Shown here one piece after another: positions 10,266 through 19,399 of a stretch of 64,000 nt of DNA. The position numbers and the translations under genes were made by a program. Location of the stretch: sequence record LR588166.1. One strand, written 5' to 3'. The notes under the pieces were generated by a model. The model did not search any database. It was given only the letters and a program-made list of their open reading frames with translations, and was not told the DNA's origin. Positions within the stretch are counted from its first letter, which is position 1; every line of letters starts with the position of its first letter.

Positions 10266-10535
10266 GTGTATGCAATACATTTGCATATATACCAAGCACT
10301 GTATGGTGAGTTGCATACAGCGATGGGCAATCGTAGTGCCGACATTGATCTAGTATGATCTGAAATAGGTCCCTTACGCCGAGGTAAGGCTATCTGGCAC
10401 GGATAGTAGTGGATGTGTATGTTCGAAATAACGATATCATATTTTAGACATACGCCGCCGTCAGCATTTTTAGTTTGCAACTGCTGATATCTTTGAGTTT
10501 TGTTGACGGCTGGGCGCGGTGCCCAGTGCATTTTT
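10266..10535 (+). ncRNA. Candidate structured non-coding RNA of unknown family
   Basis: About 47% GC (counted over 10291-10530) versus about 30% in flanks; at least 8 adjacent hairpins; G-U pairs favour the + strand; promoter upstream and GC hairpin plus T-run at the end. Confidence 0.6.
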
Positions 10536-10730
10536 ATTGTAGAGTTACTGTGTAAAAGGAATAAATGTGATTAAAGACGAGGTTCTTTTCTAAAACTGTT
10601 TCTAAAAATAAATGCGTTAAAACCTGGGTTTAATTAATGCATTATATATGCTATATAATTATCCCTACATAAACATGTATGTTTAACTTGTTTAGTTAAC
10701 AATAAAATATACAAATTAAGGAATTAACTG

Positions 10731-10898
10731 ATGACTAAATTTAATAAAAAATCGTTAGATACGTATGAAGATAGAGAAGATTATAGAGATGAAGAAACCG
10801 GTGACAGGTTAAATAATAAGAAATCTGAACCTAAAAAAAATAATACTGATTATAAGCCGTTTGGTAAAATTACCAACCGCTATAATAATGATAATTAA
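10731..10898 (+). CDS. Small charged hypothetical protein (55 aa, not in the ORF track)
   Basis: AAGGA RBS upstream; MTKFNKKSLDTYEDREDYRDEETG...YNNDN*. Confidence 0.55.
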   Translation: MTKFNKKSLDTYEDREDYRDEETGDRLNNKKSEPKKNNTDYKPFGKITNRYNNDN

Positions 10899-10935
10899 AT
10901 AGTAAATATTATTATCATTTACTACGGTGATAATA

Positions 10936-11346
10936 ATGATAGAAACTATTTTAACTTCGAGAGTATTTGCTTATGTAGTTTGCATAGGTATAATATCGTT
11001 AGCAATAACGCTCTCATATCAAAAATATCAAAAGCTTATTAGTGTAAATAAATCTCTTGAACAATCTATAGAAACGTTAACTAATGATAATAATTCATTG
11101 CAGTTAACTATTTCTGAACAAAATAAAAAGATTGAAACATATATTCAACTTAGATTATATGAAGAATCTATAGCCAAACAAAAAGCAGAATCACATGCTG
11201 CTTTAGAAAAACAATTACAAGATACTAAATCTCAGTTAAATGAATTAATAGAACGTAGAAAGAATGAGGCACCAAATGATCAAAGTGTGTTATGCTCTAC
11301 TGTCAGGATTGATCCTGCTTTACGCAACTGGATGCTCGCAAACTAA
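10936..11346 (+). CDS. Rz: Inner-membrane spanin (Rz-like)
   Basis: Single N-terminal TM helix followed by a long coiled coil; 3' end overlaps a lipoprotein gene. Confidence 0.75.
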   Translation: MIETILTSRVFAYVVCIGIISLAITLSYQKYQKLISVNKSLEQSIETLTNDNNSLQLTISEQNKKIETYIQLRLYEESIAKQKAESHAALEKQLQDTKSQLNELIERRKNEAPNDQSVLCSTVRIDPALRNWMLAN

Positions 11347-11593
11347 ACCAGTTAAATCTGTAGTGATAGAAAAGGAAATAGTTCCTGTTCTTCCGCCAGA
11401 TTCTCTTATAGTATATTGTTACGAAAATGAAAATCCCGATACGTATGGCGAAACGGTAGGTTCGGTTAAAAAACTAAAATCTATAATTAAAAATTCTTGT
11501 AATAAAAATATGAAAGATATAGAACTTTGGAAATCTGAAGTTAAAAAACTATATCCTACTGCGAATGACTTAGAAATAAAAAAGCAGCCTTAA
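11276..11593 (+). CDS. Rz1: Outer-membrane spanin lipoprotein (Rz1-like)
   Basis: Signal peptide with lipobox LLYATG|C; P..PP motif; overlaps the i-spanin; GAGG RBS before ATG 11276. Confidence 0.75.
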   Translation: MIKVCYALLSGLILLYATGCSQTKPVKSVVIEKEIVPVLPPDSLIVYCYENENPDTYGETVGSVKKLKSIIKNSCNKNMKDIELWKSEVKKLYPTANDLEIKKQP

Positions 11594-11604
11594 GCTGCTT
11601 TTTT
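11579..11604. terminator. Bidirectional terminator between the spanin genes and the holin/endolysin genes
   Basis: A5-GCAGC-CTTAA-GCTGC-T6. Confidence 0.8.
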
Positions 11605-11853
11605 ATTGTCCGAGTCACATGGGTTTATTTTATCTTTTATATTCTGTTTTATATAACTTCCTGCAATACCTAGTATACTAAACAAACATACTAATCCTAT
11701 AAATACGTGAGTTTCTATCAAAGAACTAAATCCAATAATTGCCGGAACACCGTATTGTGCAATAGCCATTAATAAATTCACTACATGGAAAATATAAGAA
11801 TATCTTTTATATATTTTAGTCCAATTATCTGTTAATTTAAGTTTCCTAAACAT
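11590..11853 (-). CDS. Putative holin (two TM segments)
   Basis: 87 aa, two hydrophobic segments, basic N-terminus; overlaps the end of the endolysin gene. Confidence 0.6.
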   Translation of the reverse strand: MFRKLKLTDNWTKIYKRYSYIFHVVNLLMAIAQYGVPAIIGFSSLIETHVFIGLVCLFSILGIAGSYIKQNIKDKINPCDSDNKKAA

Positions 11854-12347
11854 ACATTCCTCTCTTCAGTTCTTCGTTTTACTAATCCTTTTAAAACAAC
11901 TCCTCCTGCTTTAGTCCATTTTAGTAATTCGTTGCATGCTCCTACTTTATCGCCTGCATTTAATTTTCTAAGCATTGTGGATTGATTTCCATTTTTTAAT
12001 GTGACAAATCCGTCTTTAACCCCTTTTTTCCCCGGTCCTACGTTATATAAGAACGAAAGAAACGCAGCATGTTCGTATGGCGTTAATTCTACCTTTACTA
12101 CATTTGTTAAGATTTTATTATGTTCTAAAAGATCTTTTGCTAATTGATCCAAACATTGGTTGTCTGTAAATTGTTGTCCTTTTTTTAGCTCAGGTCCGGT
12201 GTGACCGTAACAAGATGTTAAAATTCCTACTGGATCTACATATACCTCGTTTACTTTACCTTCAAACGGAGCCAATAATGCTCCTCCTAGTGCAATTGCA
12301 CCGGATAATCCCATTGCAATTAATTTTTTTCTAATATTATTATCCAT
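11832..12347 (-). CDS. SAR endolysin, GH24 lysozyme
   Basis: N-terminal Gly/Ala-rich SAR helix (LIAMGLSGAIALGGALLA) followed by the catalytic E-x8-D-x5-T triad (FEGKVNEVYVDPVGILT). Confidence 0.9.
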   Translation of the reverse strand: MDNNIRKKLIAMGLSGAIALGGALLAPFEGKVNEVYVDPVGILTSCYGHTGPELKKGQQFTDNQCLDQLAKDLLEHNKILTNVVKVELTPYEHAAFLSFLYNVGPGKKGVKDGFVTLKNGNQSTMLRKLNAGDKVGACNELLKWTKAGGVVLKGLVKRRTEERNVCLGNLN

Positions 12348-12408
12348 ACTAATCCTTTATAAAATAAAACATGTTAACATATATGTCAACTATATGTATA
12401 ACGGCAGC

Positions 12409-12437
12409 TTTGCAATAGTAGCATTATGCTATATACT
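12409..12437 (+). promoter_or_regulatory. Sigma70-like early promoter
   Basis: TT(T)GCA...TATACT with 16-17 bp spacer, ahead of the accessory operon. Confidence 0.5.
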
Positions 12438-12468
12438 GTTTTTTATAACATAAACCGTTGGAGTATAT

Positions 12469-12900
12469 ATGACACTTATTTCTCAAATAAAAGCAGATCA
12501 ACTTTCTGCTCGTAAATGTAAAAATAAAATAGCTACATCTCTCCTTACTACACTACTTTCAGAAGCATCTCAACCCGGCATAAATGACGGAAAAAGAGAA
12601 TCTACAGATAACGAAGTAATAAGTGTGATTAATTCGTTTATCAAGAATAACAAAATAGCACAAGAAAATGCTAGCAAAGATATTCTTTGCGTATTACAAG
12701 AAGAATTAGCTATCTTAGTTTCTTATCTACCCGAACAATATACAAAAGATAAATTAACTGAGATTATATCTAAATATATAAATAATAATCCTGATTTTAC
12801 TATTTCGTCTGTTATGCAGTATTTACGACAAAATCATTCAGGAAAATATGAAGGTAGAATGGCAAAAGAAATAATTGATACTTGTATGTACGGAGTTTAG
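12469..12900 (+). CDS. GatB/YqeY-domain protein
   Basis: IKADQLSARK...LL.TLLSE...TDNEVISVI...EELAILVSYLPEQ pattern. Confidence 0.8.
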   Translation: MTLISQIKADQLSARKCKNKIATSLLTTLLSEASQPGINDGKRESTDNEVISVINSFIKNNKIAQENASKDILCVLQEELAILVSYLPEQYTKDKLTEIISKYINNNPDFTISSVMQYLRQNHSGKYEGRMAKEIIDTCMYGV

Positions 12901-12901
12901 T

Positions 12902-13114
12902 GTGAAAATTTTAGAAATGGCAGAATCTAGTTGGATAGAATTTGTAGAAAGAAAAGACAATGATGTTGTATTGCAGACAAAGTCTGGATATACATATCTT
13001 ATAAAACGAGTTCCAGATGACGTATGGCTCGAATGGAATACAGCTCCTTCCGCGGGGGCGTATTTTGTTGCAAATATAAGAAACAAATATCAAATTAATA
13101 AAGTTGTAGGATAA
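12902..13114 (+). CDS. KTSC-domain protein
   Basis: SSWI...Y....VP..VW.EW..APSAGAYF..NIR; GGAG RBS before GTG 12902. Confidence 0.75.
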   Translation: MKILEMAESSWIEFVERKDNDVVLQTKSGYTYLIKRVPDDVWLEWNTAPSAGAYFVANIRNKYQINKVVG

Positions 13115-13584
13115 TGATAGAAATAATAGCAGCAATTGGACCCAAATTAGAAATAGGACTCAATGGACGATTGCCATGGAATTACATATCAGAGGATATG
13201 GCTCATTTTAAAAAACACACAATAGGGAAATGTGTTATAATGGGTAAGACGACGTTCGAGAGTTTAAATAAAATACCTCTGTCTGGTCGTACTAACATTG
13301 TGATGTCTACTAATGAAATTTACACAGGCGTATGCAACGTAAGATCGGTCAAAGATGCGTTAGATACAGCAATGATAAAAGACAAAGGAATTGCAGTGAT
13401 AGGCGGCGCCAGCATCTATAAACAATTTGAAGGTATAGCAACTAAACTTGTAATAACACATATACCGGATAAGTATATATCGTCTGCAGATACTTATTTT
13501 CCAATAGATCTAAATAATTGGAATGTTTTTAACGAATATAATATAACATCTGATATAATTGTTAAGGAATATGTTAAAAAATGA
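13114..13584 (+). CDS. frd: Dihydrofolate reductase
   Basis: IG.NG.LPW..SEDMAHFKKHT.GK.VIMGKTTFESL...PL.GRTNIV; VIGGASIY. Confidence 0.95.
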   Translation: MIEIIAAIGPKLEIGLNGRLPWNYISEDMAHFKKHTIGKCVIMGKTTFESLNKIPLSGRTNIVMSTNEIYTGVCNVRSVKDALDTAMIKDKGIAVIGGASIYKQFEGIATKLVITHIPDKYISSADTYFPIDLNNWNVFNEYNITSDIIVKEYVKK

Positions 13585-13826
13585 TATTTTTTCATATTTT
13601 AGGGGTTGTAGGTACAGTATGTGTATTATTCTGTTATTGGATGATAGCAGAAGGTAAATGGACAAATAAAACTAAAAAATATTATTTAATTAATGGAATC
13701 GGCGCGTTATTTTTGTTAGCTAGTTTAGTTGTTAATTTTAATTTAGGATCTGTAATTCTAGAGATATTCTTTTTGATTATTACTGTTCGTGGATATTTAA
13801 AGGCAATAAAAGAAAACGATGTATAA
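13581..13826 (+). CDS. Small membrane protein (CBU_0592-like)
   Basis: Three hydrophobic helices; YYLINGIGALFLLASL..NFN. Confidence 0.65.
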   Translation: MIFFHILGVVGTVCVLFCYWMIAEGKWTNKTKKYYLINGIGALFLLASLVVNFNLGSVILEIFFLIITVRGYLKAIKENDV

Positions 13827-14088
13827 CGAAATAATAAACCGTATAAATTCTGAACAAGAATTTAAGAGATTATTAAAGGCGTCTGATACTAATTTTCCTG
13901 TAAAAATATCTAAACATTTTATATTTGATAAATCTTCTAATGTTTCTCTAAATATGAAAGATATAATTTATCCTGTTGTATGTATAACTGTGTTTTCATT
14001 TGTGCAAAATACAGATATAGGTGTATGCAATCACCATGTATATCCATTAGAGTGCATTAAAGCTAAATTGTTTACTGAGGAAAATTAA
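13819..14088 (+). CDS. Hypothetical protein
   Basis: Overlapping start in the operon. Confidence 0.55.
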   Translation: MYNEIINRINSEQEFKRLLKASDTNFPVKISKHFIFDKSSNVSLNMKDIIYPVVCITVFSFVQNTDIGVCNHHVYPLECIKAKLFTEEN

Positions 14089-14643
14089 ATGGGATCTCAT
14101 TTAATAAAAACTGGTGTAAAAAATATAAAAAATAATTCTCAACAGATAGAATTTGACGATATAGTTAAGTTAGTATCTGATTCGTATAACAGATGTGTAA
14201 ATGAAATAAACAAATCAAAAATAGAATCCGATCTGTTATTAGAAACAACGTACTCTGAAGAAATAGAATACGTCGAACGGATAATTAATTTTTATAGGAA
14301 AAAAAATACAAAATTATTGTTAAATGCAATGAAAATTACTAAAACAAAACATTTACTTTTTTCTATTAAGTCTGCAACTGCTCGCCCTGCACACGGCGAA
14401 GTGCTATGTATTGGTAGATATAAAGGTTGGCCATCTGCTTGGGCTATACTTGAAAATGTAATAGGTATACACACATCTTGTGGTAATTCTAATCAACAAC
14501 AATTTCAACTATTAAATATAAACTTAATAGACAAAAAATTTATTAATAACGTAGTGGATGAAAATGGAAATATAGTTATTGATTCCGAAATTCGTAAGGA
14601 ATTAGAAAAATACGCTGTAGTAACTAGGAAAAGTTGGTATTAA
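14089..14643 (+). CDS. Hypothetical protein
   Basis: Starts immediately after the previous stop; GAGG RBS. Confidence 0.6.
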   Translation: MGSHLIKTGVKNIKNNSQQIEFDDIVKLVSDSYNRCVNEINKSKIESDLLLETTYSEEIEYVERIINFYRKKNTKLLLNAMKITKTKHLLFSIKSATARPAHGEVLCIGRYKGWPSAWAILENVIGIHTSCGNSNQQQFQLLNINLIDKKFINNVVDENGNIVIDSEIRKELEKYAVVTRKSWY

Positions 14644-14658
14644 TAATAGGGGTAAAAC

Positions 14659-15222
14659 ATGAATATTTCCTTGCGCCGCGCCAGAAAATTAGAAATTAAA
14701 TTAAAGAATTTTTTAAATGAATCTGCAAATTATAAAGCACAGATTAGGGTAAATTCTAATAGTGAACAAATCATAGAAACACTACATGTATCTAGGGTAA
14801 AATTTGAAACTGAATTAGAAAATAAAAGAAAACTAATATCTGCTAGATTTAAAATAAGAGAACTAATTGGTAAAAATAATCACAACGTAGGCATCGATAA
14901 TCTTATTACCCAAAGAGAGCACATAAAAGAACAAATAGTTCTTCTGCAAACTATGTTACTTAATGATACTGTAGAAGATTGTATTGCATGTGATATAATA
15001 GAAGCAGAACGAAAACTCAATGAATCTATGGGTAAGAAAACTACTGTAGTTCCTGTTTCTATTATAAATTCTAATTTAAAATCAAAATACTTATTAGAAA
15101 AAAATTCATTAAAAGCACGTTTAGACGAAATTGATGAAAAGATTTTATCGTTAAACAATTCTACTACTATAACAATTGATGACGATATAAAAGAATTATT
15201 GTTAGATAATAGACTTATTTAA
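14659..15222 (+). CDS. Hypothetical coiled-coil protein
   Basis: 187 aa, heptad-rich. Confidence 0.6.
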   Translation: MNISLRRARKLEIKLKNFLNESANYKAQIRVNSNSEQIIETLHVSRVKFETELENKRKLISARFKIRELIGKNNHNVGIDNLITQREHIKEQIVLLQTMLLNDTVEDCIACDIIEAERKLNESMGKKTTVVPVSIINSNLKSKYLLEKNSLKARLDEIDEKILSLNNSTTITIDDDIKELLLDNRLI

Positions 15223-15293
15223 TAATCATATATAACTATTGACGTTATATTTTAATTGTGTTTTACTATGTAAAAATTTTAAGGAATAAAAAT

Positions 15294-15545
15294 ATGAAAG
15301 TAGAAATTTACGGTAAAGAAAATTGTCCGCATTGTAAAAATGCAGTTCAGTTATGTGAAATGAGGGGATTAGAATACTATTATTATGATGTTAGTGATCA
15401 AGAAACCGGAATGGAATTAATAACAGAATTAACTAATCGTATAGGAACTAGGCCGAAATCTGTTCCTCAAATTTTTATCGATAATCAACATGTGGGAGGA
15501 TATACTCAGTTTCATTGTGCATTAGATGCAGCAAGGAATATGTAA
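15294..15545 (+). CDS. Glutaredoxin
   Basis: VEIYGKENCPHC; SVPQIFID..HVGGY; AAGGA RBS before ATG 15294. Confidence 0.92.
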   Translation: MKVEIYGKENCPHCKNAVQLCEMRGLEYYYYDVSDQETGMELITELTNRIGTRPKSVPQIFIDNQHVGGYTQFHCALDAARNM

Positions 15546-15695
15546 ATAAAACTATTGTATGTTTTTGTGTAAAGATGTAATACTTCGTTTTATCGGTTAA
15601 ATTTTAAAAATTTTCTAATTCAGTAAACAAAAAGGTCGTGTTAGAAACATTTTGTAAAAATTTCTTTAAAACTTATATAGATATTTGGTTATTAC

Positions 15696-16226
15696 ATGTC
15701 TAGCATATATAGTAAGTTAAAAGATATAATAATTATCGATGTGGAAGCTAGTGGATCGTATCCTATTGAGATTGGATTTATAACTAGTTCGGGCAAAATA
15801 GAATCTAATTTAATAAGAAGACACCATTCTTGGTTATCTTGGGACTATAGAGCAGAAAGAAAAGTCCATAAAATTTCTAAGAGTATGCTTAGCTCGCACG
15901 GAATAAGTGTCAGGAATGCTTGCACATGGTTAAATGAGTCGTTATGCGGAAAGACTGTATATTCTGATTGCGCACAAAATGATAATAAGTGGTTGCGTGC
16001 ATTATTTTCTGCAGGAAACTGCGGGCAGAATTTTAGAGTATTAGATACTAACAATCTAATGCCGCAGTATCCGAAACGGTTTTATAATGAAAAATTTTTA
16101 GAATTTAAGAGAAAGAATTATAAATTAACTCAACAACACAGAGTAGATTCAGATGTTTTAGTAATTAAAGATTCTTTATTGGAACTAGCAGAATTGGAAG
16201 AGTTTATTAATGAGCAGTTTAACTGA
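15696..16226 (+). CDS. DEDDh-type 3'-5' exonuclease
   Basis: IIDVEASG (ExoI), SD...ND..WL (ExoII), HRVDSD (ExoIII). Confidence 0.75.
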   Translation: MSSIYSKLKDIIIIDVEASGSYPIEIGFITSSGKIESNLIRRHHSWLSWDYRAERKVHKISKSMLSSHGISVRNACTWLNESLCGKTVYSDCAQNDNKWLRALFSAGNCGQNFRVLDTNNLMPQYPKRFYNEKFLEFKRKNYKLTQQHRVDSDVLVIKDSLLELAELEEFINEQFN

Positions 16227-16389
16227 TATAAAAGAATTGATAGAAAAGAAGAGCATTAATATAACCATACTAGAATTTTCTGGCTGGTACTTAAAGACTA
16301 ATATTGGTATTTTTACATTAATAGGAGACCAGTATTATAAAGATGGAACACCTATTTCTAAAAAAGAAATTGAGGAACTTCTAAAATGA
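16210..16389 (+). CDS. Small hypothetical protein (59 aa, not in the ORF track)
   Basis: MSSLTDIKELIEKKSINITILEFSGWYLKT...ELLK*; fills the gap and shares an ATGA overlap with the next gene. Confidence 0.55.
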   Translation: MSSLTDIKELIEKKSINITILEFSGWYLKTNIGIFTLIGDQYYKDGTPISKKEIEELLK

Positions 16390-16673
16390 AACGAGTTGCA
16401 TTATTGATACCGTTGTGTGTTTTATATGGTTGCAGTTCTAATCCATACGAAAACAATATAGTCAATAATGCAACTCGTTATGTAACAGTAGAAACACCAG
16501 AAACAATAAGCAGAAACATTGCAAACCGATATGTATTAAATACCGATGAATTTCCTGCAAAACCCCACGACACATATAAAATGTATGGCGAACAAATTAA
16601 ATCTACCTTTAGGGGAAATGCAAGAAGATTAATAGAATCTACTATTATTTCTATATTTAGAAATAATAGATAA
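16386..16673 (+). CDS. Putative lipoprotein
   Basis: MKRVALLIPLCVLYG|C lipobox. Confidence 0.65.
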   Translation: MKRVALLIPLCVLYGCSSNPYENNIVNNATRYVTVETPETISRNIANRYVLNTDEFPAKPHDTYKMYGEQIKSTFRGNARRLIESTIISIFRNNR

Positions 16674-16675
16674 TA

Positions 16676-17104
16676 TTATTTCTTTCTTTTCTTAGATGCT
16701 ACAGGTTTTATTTCGTCTGCTGTATGTTCTGTTTTGGATTCGTTATTAAATGTAGTTTCATTAGAAACAATTGCTTTATTTGTCGGTTTCTCTTCTATTT
16801 TAGAAAAATCTTTACATGCATCCCATTCAAATTCTTTAAAATGTGCAGGACCATCGTATACAACTACTCTTACTTCTTCGATTTTTAAAGTAGGATATAC
16901 TACACCATCTATTTCTACTAAGCCGCAAATTTCAAACTCCTTTAAGAGCGAAGGATCGGTTTGATTAGTTAACACACATCTTCCGGTGCATTTACCTACC
17001 TCTACATTAAATTTTCTATTGCTGATTTGGGATAATATTGTTGCTTTTCCTGCAGGTTCATAAGGAACTTTGGCAAAAAATTTTACTTTATTAAGAAATA
17101 TCAT
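16676..17104 (-). CDS. Hypothetical protein, probably late-expressed
   Basis: GGAG RBS and ATAAATA motif (17128-17134) upstream. Confidence 0.65.
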   Translation of the reverse strand: MIFLNKVKFFAKVPYEPAGKATILSQISNRKFNVEVGKCTGRCVLTNQTDPSLLKEFEICGLVEIDGVVYPTLKIEEVRVVVYDGPAHFKEFEWDACKDFSKIEEKPTNKAIVSNETTFNNESKTEHTADEIKPVASKKRKK

Positions 17105-17215
17105 AATCTTCTCCTAAGTTTATTTAATATTTATCTGCTAATACATTTGACGAAATACATTGAATATTTTAAAATATTGCAAATAAACACGTATAATTCA
17201 GTTTGGGAGTGTAGC

Positions 17216-19399
17216 GTGAAATTAGAATCGGATAATTCTGTAACAATAGAATCTACAAACATGGTAGGTGGAAAATCTTTCACTATTAAAAATAGTCCGA
17301 AAGCCTTTTCTATTCTATCTAACGGGTTATATAAAGATAAAATTCGTGCAATTGTAAGAGAAATTGGGTGTAATGCACGAGATAGTCATGTTGCAGCAAA
17401 TAAATGTGATGTTCCTTTTGAATATCATGTTCCTACTGATTTAGAGCCGTTTTTTAGCATAAAAGACTTCGGTGTAGGTTTAGATTACAACGAAGTAATG
17501 AATATTTATACTACTTATTTTGATTCTACAAAAACACAATCAAATGATTTTATTGGTGCTTTTGGGCTCGGATCAAAGTCACCGTTTTCCTATGTAGATA
17601 ATTTTTCTATAATTTCTACAAAAGATGGAATAACAAGAACTTTCGCTGCATTTATAAGTGAATCTGGTGTTCCGGATATGCTTATGCTAAGCGAAATAAA
17701 AACAAATGAGCCCAACGGAGTTGAAGTAAAGATTCCTGTATCAAATCGGGCTGATTACAAAATTTTTGATAAAAACTGTGTAGATGTATATTCGTGGATG
17801 AATGTGTTGCCAGTAGAAGTAAATGGCCACCATGTATTAAAAACCCCAGAAGTTTTTCTATCTGTGACAAACAGAGCTACAATATATAAAGGCACCAACG
17901 AATCACATAAACTATACGCAAGACAGGGCGGAGTATTATATCCAATTGATATAGAATCTATATCCGAAGAATATCTTGATGATAGCTATGTCCGTAAATT
18001 AGATAATAGAAACTTTTATTCACATTTTGTTGTAATAGATTTTAGTATAGGAGAATTAGATGTATCTGCATCTAGAGAAGAACTATCTTATATTCCGTTA
18101 ACTCAGAAAAATTTATCTACTGCATTAATTGATTTTGTATGTTCCTTTACTAAAGCTATCACAGATGATATAAATTCGAATATAGACGCAGTAACGAAAA
18201 CAAAAGTGTTATATGATTATAAACAGAAATCATTTAATATATTTGTGCCTGATATAAAAACATTAACCAATATCATATATGCCAATATTTCGGATTCTGT
18301 AGAGATAGGTCAAGTATATATACCGATATCTGAAGTAAAAGCATTGTTTACCAATGTTAACTGTTATACACTGGATTATGGTATTTTTAGGAAGGCAAGA
18401 TTTTTAGTTACATACTATAAACATCTAAGTACAGGTGAAATAAAAAGATATAGAAATTATACTTCCAGTGCCTCATACGAAGGTATAACATATATTTCTG
18501 ATAATATAGCAATTGACGATAGTAATACTGTAAAATATTTTATAATAGATGATAATACATCGACAAGAGCAATAAGAGACTATATATCGAATATTTACAG
18601 AGCACGGTGTAAAGTTATAATTTGTAAAAATAAAAATGGAAAAATAAAAAGAAACGATATATATAATTTCGCAAGAAAATATTATATTTCTAAATCGCAA
18701 ATTATATTTTCGTCTGATCTAAATATTCCTGTTATTCCTAAGCAAAATAACAGAATCAAAAAAGAAGATGAAGAATGTATTTTGTTATGCAGAAGTTTTA
18801 ATATATGGAAAGAATCGATAGTAAAGCTGTCTGATATAAAGGATGATTGCTATTATGTAGAATTTTCTGGATGGAATATGACTACTGATTTGTCTGATTC
18901 GGATATTACTGCACTTACATTATATCATTCTAAACCGATATACGGGGTAAGAAAGATAACCTTAGAACAAGTCAAGAAAAATAAACATTTTATTCCTATT
19001 ACTGATCATGTAATAGATGAAATGTATAATAATGTTAAGGATGTTATAAAACAGTGTAGACCGGATTCTACTTATTCCGATGTAGACAAATTGCTTTATT
19101 ATATAAATTCTGCAAACTTAAAGGACTCATTAACAAATACTGAAATAAAAGAATATGAAAAATACAAAAATACTTATAAACCGATTAGTGAGTCGTCGAT
19201 TAAAAATATCATACGACATTTAGATACAGAAAAACTAGCTAATCAATTAAAAATAATACATAAACGCGCCAGCCGGTATGAAAATATTCTATCTAAGTAT
19301 CCGCTTATTGAACACATCAATTTAAGTAAAGTAGGTATAGTACACGTAGTGAATTATATGAATATGATAGATAACAACGGAGAATCTAAAAATGACTAA
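17216..19399 (+). CDS. rIIA: rIIA-like protein (GHKL/HATPase N-terminal domain)
   Basis: AFSILSNGLYKDKIRAIVREIGCNARDSH; DFGVGL; STKT.SNDFIGAFGLGSKSPFSY; GGAG RBS before GTG 17216. Confidence 0.9.
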   Translation: MKLESDNSVTIESTNMVGGKSFTIKNSPKAFSILSNGLYKDKIRAIVREIGCNARDSHVAANKCDVPFEYHVPTDLEPFFSIKDFGVGLDYNEVMNIYTTYFDSTKTQSNDFIGAFGLGSKSPFSYVDNFSIISTKDGITRTFAAFISESGVPDMLMLSEIKTNEPNGVEVKIPVSNRADYKIFDKNCVDVYSWMNVLPVEVNGHHVLKTPEVFLSVTNRATIYKGTNESHKLYARQGGVLYPIDIESISEEYLDDSYVRKLDNRNFYSHFVVIDFSIGELDVSASREELSYIPLTQKNLSTALIDFVCSFTKAITDDINSNIDAVTKTKVLYDYKQKSFNIFVPDIKTLTNIIYANISDSVEIGQVYIPISEVKALFTNVNCYTLDYGIFRKARFLVTYYKHLSTGEIKRYRNYTSSASYEGITYISDNIAIDDSNTVKYFIIDDNTSTRAIRDYISNIYRARCKVIICKNKNGKIKRNDIYNFARKYYISKSQIIFSSDLNIPVIPKQNNRIKKEDEECILLCRSFNIWKESIVKLSDIKDDCYYVEFSGWNMTTDLSDSDITALTLYHSKPIYGVRKITLEQVKKNKHFIPITDHVIDEMYNNVKDVIKQCRPDSTYSDVDKLLYYINSANLKDSLTNTEIKEYEKYKNTYKPISESSIKNIIRHLDTEKLANQLKIIHKRASRYENILSKYPLIEHINLSKVGIVHVVNYMNMIDNNGESKND

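Noticed and set aside
10241-10531. 96-aa minus-strand ORF
   Set aside because: No RBS, atypical codon usage, and it coincides with the + strand hairpin cluster; probably a by-product of locally high GC.
4638-10535. Diversity-generating retroelement acting on the fibre tips
   Set aside because: No reverse transcriptase in the window and no template/variable repeat pair with adenine-specific differences was seen.
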